Positions 42,405-52,603 are shown, counted from the first letter of the stretch. The stretch is 64,000 nt of DNA from Vulcanimicrobiota bacterium (GCA_963833095.1 CAWHWQ010000004.1:1-64000); one strand, 5' to 3'. The notes: generated from the sequence alone by a model not told the origin. A program made the numbers and translations.

Positions 42405-44264
42405 TTACTTCAAGGCGCGGTCCGCGACGGCTGCCGCCTCGGCGAATCGTTCGTTGCGCAGGTAATACAGCGAGAGCGCGACGCTCGACCGAACGGGGTC
42501 GATCTCGCGCGCCCGTATTAGCGACGCCTCTACCCCGGCAGGCGAGGCCAACAATTCGAGCGCTCCGGCCCGGGTCATCAGCATGTCGAAGCTCCTCGGA
42601 TCGAGCGCAAGCGCGGCATCGACGGCGGAAAGCGCGGCTTCGGCACGCTGTTCGTCGAGCGCGCGTCGCGCGCGTTGGCGCCACTCTTCGAACGTCTTGG
42701 GCGTTGCCTGCCGCTCGCGCAGAAGTTGCAACTCCTGGGCATGCCCGCGCGCTTCGAGGACGCGCTCCAAGTGCTGCGTCGCCTTTTCGGATTCGGGATC
42801 CAGCTCGACGGCGAGACGCAAAAAATATTCCTCTTTCCCGAGCTCGTAACGCTCTGAGACTCCCGCGGCGCTTACGAGCAATTCGCACGCTTCGGCCGGC
42901 TTGAGGCGCGGGTACCACTTCTCGACGATGTCGATCGCCTCGCCACCCCGCTTCATGCGCAATAAGAAGTTCACGAAGTGCAGCATCGCCGGCGAGCTTT
43001 CGTGGGTATCAAGAACGAGCTTGTAGGCATCGTACGCCTCGCCGAAGCGCTGCAGGCGCTCGAACGCCTTCGCTCGGTTGAGCATCAACGGCTCGACGGT
43101 CGGCGCATTGGCCAAGCCGCGCTCGAACCATTCGAGCGCCTGGGCGTCGTCGCCCTGAATGGCATAACTCGAGCCCATCTCCGAGTGCGCCTTCCAGATA
43201 TACACCTGGTCGTCCACGATGAACTGTTGTTTGGCAAAGGCCTGGTCTTCGATTGCAGCCGCAAAGGCCTCGCGCGCTTCGTCAAAGCGCTTCTGCGCGA
43301 CTAGCGCCTTCCCGAGCATCATGTGCGCGTTCGCGTAGTGCGCGCTACGCCGCAACGACTGACGCGACATCTCTTCACCCTTGACCGGATCCTCGAAGTG
43401 ATCGCAATAGAGGTCGCCGAGTAAAGCGAGTCCGTTAGGCATGAATGCGCGCGGCGTATCCCCGACTAGCTCAAGCATCTTCAAGAGCGAACTCAGCGCG
43501 AGGCCATAGTCTTTATTGAGATACGCCGTGGTCCCCAAGTTGTACCAGTGGTAGGCGTTCTCGGGATCGTTCTGCGTTGCCGCGAGCAGAATTTCGAGAT
43601 TGCGTTGTCCCTTGTTCCGCTCCGCGACGACTGTGTTAACGTAGCCGTGATGGATCAGCGTTATCGCGCTTGCGACGGCGTCGACGCTGAGGCTGGTTCC
43701 GTCGAGCGCCGGGTACTCGTGTATCGGACCAAAGAATCGGATTCGCTCGTCGTTGGGAAAGATGCGAATGACGTGATGCGAAACGTCGCCCGAGCCGCGA
43801 TAGTCGTCGGTGCGATTGACGATGCGTGTATAGAGCGCCGTGACATATGCGGGAACGTTCTTGAGCGCAAGCAATGCCGCGCGCGAGTCCTCCGCCAATT
43901 CCTCGTCGGCGTCTAGGAAGAAAATCCATCGCTTGGTGGCCATCTCGATCGACTTGTTTCGCGACCACGAAAAGTCGTTGCGCCACGGATCTTCGATCAC
44001 GGTGGCCCCGTAGGAGCGCGCGATCTCGATCGTGCGATCCTGCGAGCCGGTGTCGCAGATGATGATCTCGTCCACGTAATCCTTCACGCTTGCCAGCGCT
44101 TGCGGCAGAAACTTCTCTTCGTCGCGCACGATCATGCACAGACTCACGCCGGCGGGCTTCTGAGGATATCCCGGCGGCGGCGGCGGAAGCGGCGGGGCAT
44201 TCGCCCCGGCCGGCTGAGAAGTCGGCTCTGGTTTCGGTCGACGAGACCGGACGTGAATCGGCAT
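42405..44264 (-). CDS. GT2 plus TPR glycosyltransferase (candidate flagellin O-glycosyltransferase)
   Basis: SLCMIVRDEE, DTGS.D.T, FLDADE, IHE, HHGY, then TPR-like helices. Start reassigned to ATG 44264; directly downstream of fliC. Confidence 0.88.
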   Translation of the reverse strand: MPIHVRSRRPKPEPTSQPAGANAPPLPPPPPGYPQKPAGVSLCMIVRDEEKFLPQALASVKDYVDEIIICDTGSQDRTIEIARSYGATVIEDPWRNDFSWSRNKSIEMATKRWIFFLDADEELAEDSRAALLALKNVPAYVTALYTRIVNRTDDYRGSGDVSHHVIRIFPNDERIRFFGPIHEYPALDGTSLSVDAVASAITLIHHGYVNTVVAERNKGQRNLEILLAATQNDPENAYHWYNLGTTAYLNKDYGLALSSLLKMLELVGDTPRAFMPNGLALLGDLYCDHFEDPVKGEEMSRQSLRRSAHYANAHMMLGKALVAQKRFDEAREAFAAAIEDQAFAKQQFIVDDQVYIWKAHSEMGSSYAIQGDDAQALEWFERGLANAPTVEPLMLNRAKAFERLQRFGEAYDAYKLVLDTHESSPAMLHFVNFLLRMKRGGEAIDIVEKWYPRLKPAEACELLVSAAGVSERYELGKEEYFLRLAVELDPESEKATQHLERVLEARGHAQELQLLRERQATPKTFEEWRQRARRALDEQRAEAALSAVDAALALDPRSFDMLMTRAGALELLASPAGVEASLIRAREIDPVRSSVALSLYYLRNERFAEAAAVADRALK

Positions 44265-44272
44265 CGTTACGG

Positions 44273-44280
44273 TTATCGGC
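44273..44280 (-). promoter_or_regulatory. sigma28 -10 element (no clear -35)
   Basis: GCCGATAA exactly 8 nt before ATG 44264. Confidence 0.45.
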
Positions 44281-44316
44281 AGAAAAGCAACGAGGACCCG
44301 CCGGAGCGGGCCCTCG
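44281..44316 (-). terminator. Intrinsic terminator after fliC
   Basis: CGAGGGCCCGC-TCCG-GCGGGTCCTCG followed by TTGCTTTTCT. Confidence 0.7.
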
Positions 44317-44349
44317 AGGAAACGACCGTGCGGTTGCCCGCAGAATCGA

Positions 44350-45612
44350 TTATCGGAACAGCGTGAGGACCGACTGCGCGTTTGCGTTCGACTGCGCCAG
44401 AACCGACGTGCCGACTTGAACGAGCAGTTGTAGTTTCGTGAACTGCGTCGTTGCTTGACCCACGTTGAGGTCGGCGATGTTCGATTGCGAGGCTTGCAGG
44501 TTGACCGCTGCGGTATCGTCGTTCTGCTGGTCGATGCCGAGGCGAACGACAACGGCGCCGAGGTCAGCTTGCTGCGTGTTGAGCGTCTGCAGCGCAATGT
44601 CGAGCTGGCCGATCGCGTCTTCCGCCGCGAGCGACGGATTCGACGAAGAGCTAACCGCGAGATTGACGTTCGATAGGCGCAGCGTATTGGTGTTCGTCGC
44701 TGCGATACCGAGCTGAATCACGTCGCCTTCATCAGCGCCCGACTGGAAGTTGAACGCCGGAGCAGTCGCAAAGTTCGACGGCTGGACGTACTGCGAGATC
44801 TTGACGTATGCGGTTTGACCGATATCGCCAAGCGTCGGGGTGCTGAAGTGCAATGTCACGCCGGTGTTGATTGTCGCCAGCGTGTACGACGTTGCCGCGC
44901 CGAGCGACAAGAACGTCGAGAACGAAGCCGAGGTCGAGCTGTTGAAGGTCGTGATTTCCAGCTCGGGGGTCGCGGCCGTCGGGTTCGCGGTGTTGGCGAT
45001 GACTTGGATTTCAATCGTCTCGTCGCCCGTATTGGTCGACGTGAAGAAGTTGCCCGCCGCGATGCCGATGCTGGCAACGAGGAAGCCGGTCGACGTACCG
45101 ATCGCTTGCGCACCGCTCGAAAGGAGCGCCGCGTTTGCAGTGATCGTGTAGTACGCTTCCGCGCCCGCTTGGTCGCCCTGGTGGCTTCCATTGAGCAGCG
45201 CTTGACCGTTGAAGTTGGTGTTTTGCGCGATGCGGTTGACTTCGAGCAAAAGCTGCGAAACTTCGGTTTGCAGATTCGCGCGATCGCTCGAGCTGTTGAC
45301 ATCTGATGCCGCCTCAACCGCGAGAACGCGGATGCGCTGCAGAATGTCAGTTTGCTGGGTCAACGCACCCAGCGCGACCTGCGCAGCGTTATTGGCGTTC
45401 TGCACGTTTTGCGACGCTTGATTGAACGCTTCATACTGCGAGGTAAGGTTGGTTGAGATCGCGTTACCAGAGGGGTCATCCGCAGCGGTGTTGATCCGCA
45501 GACCGGACGACAGTTGGGTAACGACGTTTTGAAGTTGCTTTTGGTTGTTGTCGAGGTTCAGCTGAACTGAATTCGACAGCAGATTCGTGGCAATGCTCAG
45601 GCCTGTAGCCAT
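44350..45612 (-). CDS. fliC: Flagellin
   Basis: LSSGLRINTAADDPSG, LQRIR.LA, TNFNG..LL.G and C-terminal S.IAD...SVLAQSNANAQSVLTL. Confidence 0.96.
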   Translation of the reverse strand: MATGLSIATNLLSNSVQLNLDNNQKQLQNVVTQLSSGLRINTAADDPSGNAISTNLTSQYEAFNQASQNVQNANNAAQVALGALTQQTDILQRIRVLAVEAASDVNSSSDRANLQTEVSQLLLEVNRIAQNTNFNGQALLNGSHQGDQAGAEAYYTITANAALLSSGAQAIGTSTGFLVASIGIAAGNFFTSTNTGDETIEIQVIANTANPTAATPELEITTFNSSTSASFSTFLSLGAATSYTLATINTGVTLHFSTPTLGDIGQTAYVKISQYVQPSNFATAPAFNFQSGADEGDVIQLGIAATNTNTLRLSNVNLAVSSSSNPSLAAEDAIGQLDIALQTLNTQQADLGAVVVRLGIDQQNDDTAAVNLQASQSNIADLNVGQATTQFTKLQLLVQVGTSVLAQSNANAQSVLTLFR

Positions 45613-45692
45613 TTTTCCTCCATGATGTGGTGCTCAGAGGCACCGATACGTATCCTATGGGGGAAGAGTGTCCGTTCTCCCCCTAAAAGATG

Positions 45693-45719
45693 ATATCGGC
45701 CTGTTTTTACAGGACTTTA
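45693..45719 (-). promoter_or_regulatory. sigma28 promoter of fliC
   Basis: TAAA-N15-GCCGATAT consensus match; the -35 overlaps the csrA stop codon. Confidence 0.9.
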
Positions 45720-45965
45720 GTGAGGGGGCTTGGCTCTTGGACGCAGCGTCGCACGTTCGGGTTTACCGGTCGTAGCCGGGGCCGCGCCTAAGGCCTCTTG
45801 ATTCGCCCTCCGGATCTCTTCGTAGACCTCGGAGCGGTGGACGGGAACGGCGCGGGGCGCCTCGATCCCAAGCTTCACTTGGTCGCGGTCAACCGCGACG
45901 ATCACAATGCGAACGTCGTCACCAATCATAATGGATTGATTGATCTTACGGCTCAGAACCAGCAT
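45717..45965 (-). CDS. csrA: Carbon storage regulator CsrA
   Basis: MLVLSRK..QSIMIGDD...VKLGIEAP..VPVHRSEVY. Confidence 0.95.
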   Translation of the reverse strand: MLVLSRKINQSIMIGDDVRIVIVAVDRDQVKLGIEAPRAVPVHRSEVYEEIRRANQEALGAAPATTGKPERATLRPRAKPPH

Positions 45966-46007
45966 CGAAGGCCCTCCTTGGCGATTAAAGAGGGGCTTTC
46001 GGCAGGG

Positions 46008-46502
46008 TCAGGCGCTCTTACTGCTCGCTGGCATCTTCTCTGCAGCTTTGCGCGGCAGCGGTTCTCGCGGCGAATAGCTCGAGCCGTCGAGCATGATCTG
46101 GCGTCCTTTGCGGGTCCGCAAGTTGACGATCACGGGCGCCATGAGATTGATCGTCATCTCCTCCGCGTCGGGAGTCACGACGACCACGCAGAGGGTCGCA
46201 AAATCGGTTGGCTCGCGGATCTCGAGCGAGGTGAATGCATAGGCGGGCAGCTTGGGTTCGTAACTCTCAAAGACCATCCACGGATCGACCGCCGGAAGCG
46301 CTACCGACGGATCGTCAAGGCTCTGCAGCCAGACGAAGGTCGGATGGCTGTCAAGGTTGAGCGGAAGCCATCGGTGCAGGTCTGGGAAGCCCGGCAAGCC
46401 CCACGGAAACTCCAGAACCTCGCTTGCTTCAAAGGTACAAGGTCCGAATCGGGGGAGATCGACGGTGATCTGTTCTTGTTCCATTGTGGCTCCGCTATTC
46501 AA
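46008..46502 (-). CDS. fliW: Flagellar assembly factor FliW
   Basis: FPWGLPGF, WLQSLDDP, TINL.APVIVN...RKGRQI. Confidence 0.93.
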   Translation of the reverse strand: MNSGATMEQEQITVDLPRFGPCTFEASEVLEFPWGLPGFPDLHRWLPLNLDSHPTFVWLQSLDDPSVALPAVDPWMVFESYEPKLPAYAFTSLEIREPTDFATLCVVVVTPDAEEMTINLMAPVIVNLRTRKGRQIMLDGSSYSPREPLPRKAAEKMPASSKSA

Positions 46503-46508
46503 GCTGCG

Positions 46509-47828
46509 CTATCCGTTCGGGAGGTAGGTAAAGAGGTCTTCCTGCTCGAGCCGGGTCGTCGTTTGGTAGGCCGCTTGCAAGGCGGTCTGGCTCAAGCTGA
46601 ACTCGCTGGTCACCTTAGCAATATCGGTATCTTCGAGGCCCGATTGCACTTGGGTATCGCTGGTTCCGCGTGAAGATTCGATGGAGGAGAGCGAACTGAC
46701 CGTCTGAACGGTCGCTCCCACCAAACCGGCTGCGTTGAGCGTCACGGTGAGGGCATTGTCGATGTCGCCCAATTGGGTGGAGAGGTTGTTCACCACGTCA
46801 CCCGTCGACCCCAGGAGGAAGGCATTGGTAAAATTGCTCGCCAGGGTCGCCGGCGGGGCGGCGACGTTGCTCACCAGGAAATTTTGATTCCCGACGTCGT
46901 TGAGTGAGAGCCGCTGCGTTTGGTAGTCGAAGGACGCGACCACGCCGGTCGCGGTCGAGGCGCCGTTGATCGCAGCGATGACGTTCTGCATCGACTCTCC
47001 GACGGTGAACATGATGGTGGTGCCGGTCGGCGAGAGCGACGATGCGATCGAGAATGCCACGTTGCCGCCTCCGACCGAGGCTAACGGAATCGACAGCGGT
47101 GACGTCGCGGACTCGAGCTGCCCGATGGTTGTGCCGGTCGTGACCGCGTGGTAGCTGAGGTTGACCTGCGTGCTGCTTTCGTCCGTCGTCTGGCTCTGCT
47201 CGAGCGTATCGCGCAGGCGAATGAGCATGTTAAAGACGCTCGGCGAGCCGTTGGCGGCGTTCACATTGAAGGCTTGCTGCAAGGTCACGTTGGTCGGGAC
47301 TTGCTGGCCGTTGGGCAACTGCTCGGTCTGCTGAACGATATTCGACTTCGCCGTAACGCCCGACGGTGGGTTGCCCACTGCGGTAACCAGCGATGAACCC
47401 GCCGCAGCGGCCGTACCCGAGAAGATGTATTTGCCGTCGTACTGCGTGTTGGCCAAACCAATGGCTTGCTGCAGCAACTGATTGACTTGTTGCCCGATCG
47501 ACGCGCGTTGCGCGGGCGTAACCGTATCGCTTGCGCCCTCGATCGCGAGATTGCGCGAGCTCTGCAGCAAGGTCGTCAGGCTCGAAAGCGTGCTGTCGGT
47601 CGTCGAGAGCAAATTGTTCAACCCAGTTAGGTTCTGCCCTACCTGCGTCGTGACGGCCGAATCATTACGAACCGAAAGATCTTGCGCAATGATCGTCGGA
47701 GCGTCCGACGGTTCGTTGAGCGCGATTCCGGTCGAAAGTTCTTGCCCTTGCTGTTGATATTGCGATTCCAGATTCTCGATCGCGAGCGTCTGGTTGGAAT
47801 AGATCGTCGAGGTTGCGATGCGCATCAT
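46509..47828 (-). CDS. flgL: Hook-filament junction protein FlgL
   Basis: MRIAT, LSTG....PSD.P, ANTQYDGKYIFSG, ED.DIA...ALQAAY. Confidence 0.92.
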   Translation of the reverse strand: MMRIATSTIYSNQTLAIENLESQYQQQGQELSTGIALNEPSDAPTIIAQDLSVRNDSAVTTQVGQNLTGLNNLLSTTDSTLSSLTTLLQSSRNLAIEGASDTVTPAQRASIGQQVNQLLQQAIGLANTQYDGKYIFSGTAAAAGSSLVTAVGNPPSGVTAKSNIVQQTEQLPNGQQVPTNVTLQQAFNVNAANGSPSVFNMLIRLRDTLEQSQTTDESSTQVNLSYHAVTTGTTIGQLESATSPLSIPLASVGGGNVAFSIASSLSPTGTTIMFTVGESMQNVIAAINGASTATGVVASFDYQTQRLSLNDVGNQNFLVSNVAAPPATLASNFTNAFLLGSTGDVVNNLSTQLGDIDNALTVTLNAAGLVGATVQTVSSLSSIESSRGTSDTQVQSGLEDTDIAKVTSEFSLSQTALQAAYQTTTRLEQEDLFTYLPNG

Positions 47829-47849
47829 TGCTGGTTCTTCCGCCTCTCC

Positions 47850-50054
47850 TTAGGATCCGACGCCTAAACCGTTGACCACGGTGTCGAGCAGCTGATTCAG
47901 CGTCGAAATGGTCTTCGCGGCCGCCTGATAGGCCGTCTGGTACTTGATGAGGTCCTGTGTCTGCTCGTCGATGTTGATACCGGCGATACTCTGGCGCTGT
48001 TGGTCGATCGATGAAGCCAGATTGGTTTGCGTAGTGGTGCCGGTGTTCGCAGTCTGCGTGTCGAGCCCGACTTGCGTCACCAGTTGGCCGTAGTATTGTT
48101 GAAACGTCTGCGTCTGCGCCGAAGTGATCGTGTAATTAGCGCCATGATTTTGCTGGGGCGTGAAGGTCACCGATTCGACACCGTTGGCATTGACGCTCAC
48201 TGCAGACACCGTAACGTTCTCTTGCGGCAATCCGCCGCCGATCTGCGCGTCGATCGTCAGCTGTTGGCCGACCTGAACATCATTTACGCCCTTCGGCAGC
48301 GCAATCGTCGTTGCCACGCCCGCCGTTGCGGTCACGCCCGCGCCGCTCGTGGTCTCGAGCGCCGGAAAACCGACGGTGCTTTGAAACAGGCTGGTCAGCG
48401 AATTTGCGACGCCGTTGTCGGCTTGACCGTAAGCGTTGCTCGCATTCTGCTGCACGGCGCTGATATTGCCGGCGCCGAGCGCGCCGAGAATCGACGTGTT
48501 GGGCGTCGCGGCGTTATATTGGTTATCGGCTATCGTAAACGAAGGTGTCTCCAAAGCGCCTTGCTGCGCGCCGCGCAACGCCAGACTTTCGTTCGACGGA
48601 TCCCTCGCGAAAACGATCTCCTGCGATGCCGAGTCATAGGACGCCGTTACACCGGCTTGCAATGCGTTGAAGCTGGACACGAAGTCGCCGACGTTGTCGG
48701 CGTAAATCGTTCCGGCAAGCGGCGGCGAAGGCGGGGCCGCCGACGTATACCCGAACGTTTGCGCAACACCATCAACCGTGATCGTTAACTGAGAGCCGGC
48801 GGCGAACGCTGCCGTAGGCGCATTGGCGAGCGCACCGTTGTTGATCAACGCTTGCGATGTATCGACCGTATTATTGGCCGAGTTCATCGGAACGATGCCG
48901 GTCAGAGCATTTGTGTTTGCCTCGGTGTTTGCAAGGACGATAGGCAACTGAGTCGCGACGGTGATGCCGGCCTTGATATTGCCGGCCGAGATCGGCAGCT
49001 GAGCGTCGATCGGCTGAAACAATGCCGTGCCGGGCTGACCATTCGAATCGTAGCCCGATTGGGTGATTCGGTTGACCTCGTTCGCGAGACTCGAAGCAAA
49101 CTGATCGAGTTGCGTACCGTAGCTGCTCAGCTTGTTGTTGTAGAGATCTTGCAATGCCGCAAGCTGCCCGCTACCCAGCGCGACGCTGGGCGAACTCGGC
49201 GATTGCGGCGGATTGGTCGCGAAGTAGACGTTGAAGCTCTGCGACCCGTTGGATGAGGTGCCGACCACCGGCGCCGCAAGATGATACGCGACCGTATCGT
49301 TGACCAGCGCTTGACCGTTGACCATGACCAGCACCGAGCCGTCAGGCTGCACCGACGTTTGCGTCGAAATGTACTGCGAGAGCTGATCGATGTCGTAGTC
49401 GCGCTGATCCTCAAAGGTGTTCGGGTTGTCTCCCACCGCGGTCGAGGAACGAATCTGCCCGTTGAGCGCCGCGATTTGATCAAGCAGTCCGTTGACGGAC
49501 TGTACGATCGTCGCGCCCTGGGAGACGGTTTGGTTCTCCGCGTTGGAAACGGCGGAGGACGAGTTGCCCAACGCCTGCGCGAGCGACTGCGCGGTGGTCA
49601 GCACGCCCGACGACGCGGAGAGCGTGCTACCGGTGGGGCCAGCATTGACCAGATTCGTGATCGCCGTCTGGAAATTGTTAAAGGCCGTGCTGACGCCGGC
49701 AGTCGGATCGCCGAGCTGTGACTGGACGCTGTTGAGGATCTGCTGCTCGGTCGTATAGTAATTTTGCGAAGAACTCGCGCCGCGAAATAGCTCGTCGTAA
49801 GCCTGGATGTTCACGCGCTGAATCTGCGAAACGATCACGCCGTCGCCGGCGGTCCCCGGAACCTGCGTCGACTCAAACGGTGACCCAACCACAGGAGGAG
49901 CTTCGGTAAGCACGACCTGTTGCTGCGTTGCCCCGGGCGTGTTGACATTGGAGATGTTGTCGCCCGTCACGTTCTCGGCCACCGAGAACGATTGGAGCGA
50001 CGTCGACATCAAGTCGAGCCCGAAAAAAGTGCCTTGCGGGAAGAAACTACTCAC
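47850..50054 (-). CDS. flgK: Hook-associated protein FlgK
   Basis: NISNVNTPG...Q, G.GV...I.R, DQRD, SIAGINIDE...LIKYQ.AY.AAAK. Confidence 0.93.
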   Translation of the reverse strand: MSSFFPQGTFFGLDLMSTSLQSFSVAENVTGDNISNVNTPGATQQQVVLTEAPPVVGSPFESTQVPGTAGDGVIVSQIQRVNIQAYDELFRGASSSQNYYTTEQQILNSVQSQLGDPTAGVSTAFNNFQTAITNLVNAGPTGSTLSASSGVLTTAQSLAQALGNSSSAVSNAENQTVSQGATIVQSVNGLLDQIAALNGQIRSSTAVGDNPNTFEDQRDYDIDQLSQYISTQTSVQPDGSVLVMVNGQALVNDTVAYHLAAPVVGTSSNGSQSFNVYFATNPPQSPSSPSVALGSGQLAALQDLYNNKLSSYGTQLDQFASSLANEVNRITQSGYDSNGQPGTALFQPIDAQLPISAGNIKAGITVATQLPIVLANTEANTNALTGIVPMNSANNTVDTSQALINNGALANAPTAAFAAGSQLTITVDGVAQTFGYTSAAPPSPPLAGTIYADNVGDFVSSFNALQAGVTASYDSASQEIVFARDPSNESLALRGAQQGALETPSFTIADNQYNAATPNTSILGALGAGNISAVQQNASNAYGQADNGVANSLTSLFQSTVGFPALETTSGAGVTATAGVATTIALPKGVNDVQVGQQLTIDAQIGGGLPQENVTVSAVSVNANGVESVTFTPQQNHGANYTITSAQTQTFQQYYGQLVTQVGLDTQTANTGTTTQTNLASSIDQQRQSIAGINIDEQTQDLIKYQTAYQAAAKTISTLNQLLDTVVNGLGVGS

Positions 50055-50530
50055 GCTTTACTACTCACCAGAACGCTGTTCTGCGGAGGCGGAACGAAAC
50101 CGCGGCGCTTATATGTTTGGGGAGCATCGCTGGCCGCGCGCTGCAACGCCGTCGTGATCTTGACCAATCGCTGCATACCGCTCTGAATCAACGCCTTGTT
50201 GTTGTTATTGGTGATCCGCAGGCCGATCGAGGTCGTGGTCAGTTCGACCAAACGCTGATTGAGCGTCGGCCACATCTGCCGCGGCGCATAGAGACACACT
50301 TGGCGTAGCGTGAGCGCGCCGAAGCCGCGGATCTGCATACCGCGACGCTTGCCGGAGGCCGAGTGATACGCGCGCCGGGCCGAATCCAGACCGCGCTCGC
50401 ACTCGAGAATTTCGGTTGCATCGCTCTTGACCAGCGCTTTGGTGAGCAACAGAGCCGCCTCATGCGTGCGCCGGAGCAGCAGTGATTCTTCGTGCAATGC
50501 GCTCGCGAAAGCTTCCCACGAATCGCTCAC
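50051..50530 (-). CDS. flgN: FlgN-like export chaperone
   Basis: Helical 159 aa with N..N..LI motif, directly upstream of flgK. Confidence 0.7.
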   Translation of the reverse strand: MSDSWEAFASALHEESLLLRRTHEAALLLTKALVKSDATEILECERGLDSARRAYHSASGKRRGMQIRGFGALTLRQVCLYAPRQMWPTLNQRLVELTTTSIGLRITNNNNKALIQSGMQRLVKITTALQRAASDAPQTYKRRGFVPPPQNSVLVSSKA

Positions 50531-50898
50531 GGTTCGATCCTCCGGTCAACGTCGACGTTAGCCTCGTGACTTGCGTCACCGAGTACTTGATTGCGGAACT
50601 GACTCTCGAGCTGCTGCGCGAGTCCAAACGAGCCGCTCTTTGCCATCTGCTGCGAGCGCTCGTCGTTGAGCATGCTTTGCCAGGTCTGTTCGGCCGAGTT
50701 ATCTCCACCCATGAGCGTCTGCTGCGGAACGGTCTCTTGCATGGCGTTCATCAGCATCTCGATGAAGACGCCTTCGAATTGCGTCGCCGCGTCGTGCAGC
50801 TTCGCCAGAGCCTGCTTTTGCTGGGGCGTGAGCGGCTGCTGCGGTTTGACGCCGGAGGCTTGCTCATTGCCGGCGGTAGGGTCGATCGGCGATGCCAC
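50527..50898 (-). CDS. flgJ: Rod-binding-only FlgJ
   Basis: L.DAATQFEGVF..ML.AM..TVP...M...G.FGLA; no muramidase domain. Confidence 0.85.
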   Translation of the reverse strand: MASPIDPTAGNEQASGVKPQQPLTPQQKQALAKLHDAATQFEGVFIEMLMNAMQETVPQQTLMGGDNSAEQTWQSMLNDERSQQMAKSGSFGLAQQLESQFRNQVLGDASHEANVDVDRRIEP

Positions 50899-52022
50899 TA
50901 GATGATCTCCAAGTCAGCCTGGAGCGAGCCGGCCGTGCGCAGCGCCTGCACGATCGCAATCAAATCCCGCGGCGAGACGCCGAGCGCGTTGAGCGCACGA
51001 ACGACCGACGAGAGCGTGGCTGCGCCGGCAACGAAGGTGAGTTGGTGGCCCTTCTCCGCGGCGTTGACCGAGGTGTTGCGCTGGACGGCGGTGTTGCCGG
51101 TGGCAAAGGCGTTGGGCTGAACGACTTGATTCGTCGTTGTGATGGTGATCGAAAGATCCCCCGAGGCGATCGCGCATGGGGCGAGCCGAATGTTACCACC
51201 GAAGACGATCGTCCCGGTACGCTCGTTCATCACGACTTTGGCAAGTTCGTCCTGATTGAAGCTCAGGTCCGACGCGTCGGCAAGAAACTGCACGGGGTTG
51301 CCGCTATACTGCGGCGGCAGGTTGACGTGGACCGTTTCGGCGTCGTTCGCAAACGCAGTCCTCGCTCCGAACCGCGCGTTGAGCAGCGCGGCGAGATTGG
51401 CGGCGGTCTTGAAATCCGGCGTCGTCAGGACATAGTTGAACCCGCTGGGCGAATTCTGAATCGGCGTGACCATGTCGCGCGCGATCACCGCACCGTTGGG
51501 GATGCGGCCCGCACCGGTGAAATTCTTGTTGACGGTCGATCCGCCAAAACCCGCGACGAAGCCGCCGACGGAAAGCGGCCCTTGCGCGGTTGCATAGACG
51601 AGGTTGTTGGCCGCTTTGAGCTGGGTTAGCACGAGCGTGCCGCCCTGCAAACTCGTCGAGTCGCCCATCGCCGAGACGTCGACGTCGACGTTATCGCCGG
51701 AATGCGCGAAGGGAGGCAGCGTCGCGGTCACGATCACGGCGGCGACGTCGCGCGTGCGCACTTCGGTCTGCGTCACCGTCAGTCCAAAGGACTGCAGGAT
51801 GTTTTGAATCGTCTGGCTGGTGAAAATAACCGAGGTGGAATCGCCGGTGCCTTGCAAGCCCACGACGACGCCGTAGCCCACGAGCTGGTTGCCGGTCACG
51901 CCTTGCACGTGCGCAATATCTTTGACCAGCACCGGCTTTCCGACGGCTTGCGCCCACGCGCTCGATCCTGCGCAAACGAACGCGAGAATCAGCGCCGTCA
52001 GCGAACGTGTTAGAATAGCCAA
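50898..52022 (-). CDS. flgI: Flagellar P-ring protein
   Basis: NQLVGYGVVVGL.GTGD, AAV.VTA.LPPF, SLQGGTL, NERTGTIV, GSLQADL. Confidence 0.96.
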   Translation of the reverse strand: MAILTRSLTALILAFVCAGSSAWAQAVGKPVLVKDIAHVQGVTGNQLVGYGVVVGLQGTGDSTSVIFTSQTIQNILQSFGLTVTQTEVRTRDVAAVIVTATLPPFAHSGDNVDVDVSAMGDSTSLQGGTLVLTQLKAANNLVYATAQGPLSVGGFVAGFGGSTVNKNFTGAGRIPNGAVIARDMVTPIQNSPSGFNYVLTTPDFKTAANLAALLNARFGARTAFANDAETVHVNLPPQYSGNPVQFLADASDLSFNQDELAKVVMNERTGTIVFGGNIRLAPCAIASGDLSITITTTNQVVQPNAFATGNTAVQRNTSVNAAEKGHQLTFVAGAATLSSVVRALNALGVSPRDLIAIVQALRTAGSLQADLEII

Positions 52023-52603
52023 CTTAGTATCCTCGACAAGAGACCTTTGCTCTTCTGATCGTCGCCTTTAAAGACGCCCTGGACGTTCGCGACGCGCGAA
52101 GCAAGCACGGTGTCCGTGCTGTCGATGTCTTCAGGGCGAATCATTCCGGTGATGTGCAGGGTCTGCTGGCGGCCGTTGATGGTCATGCCTTGATCGCCCG
52201 CAATCTGGAACGCGCCGCTTGGCATCACGCTGGTCACCGTCGCCATCATCGTCGCGGTAAACGCGTCCGCGCCCGTGGCGCTTTGAGCGACGCTCGCCGC
52301 CGTCTGTCCCGAGACGCCGTTGTTGAGCCGAACAAGCGGAATGCCGAAGATGCCGGTGCCGTTGCCGCCGCTAACCGACGCGGACTTCGTGCTCGAGTAA
52401 TTGTTGGTATGCGAATTCGCATCCGCGATGTCGAACTGGACGTAGACCAGATCGCCGATTTGCGCAGCGCGATGATCGTTCATCAAATTCAGCGGATGAC
52501 CGGGCGCCGCGGCGGGCGGGGGAGGCTGGTAGAGTGAGTCTGCGGATGCTGCGACCGGAGCGAGCGCAAGCAACGCGAGTGCGGCAAGCAATGTGCGCAT
52601 CAT
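52010..52603 (-). CDS. flgH: Flagellar L-ring protein
   Basis: D.RA.QIGDLV, V..VMPSG...I.G, G.IRPEDI...TV.ASRVAN. No lipobox Cys is visible. Confidence 0.88.
   Translation of the reverse strand: MMRTLLAALALLALAPVAASADSLYQPPPPAAAPGHPLNLMNDHRAAQIGDLVYVQFDIADANSHTNNYSSTKSASVSGGNGTGIFGIPLVRLNNGVSGQTAASVAQSATGADAFTATMMATVTSVMPSGAFQIAGDQGMTINGRQQTLHITGMIRPEDIDSTDTVLASRVANVQGVFKGDDQKSKGLLSRILSWLF

Noticed and set aside
44265..44597. N-terminal extension of the GT2-TPR ORF overlapping fliC
   Set aside because: It crosses the fliC 3' end and terminator; ATG 44264 is the better start.
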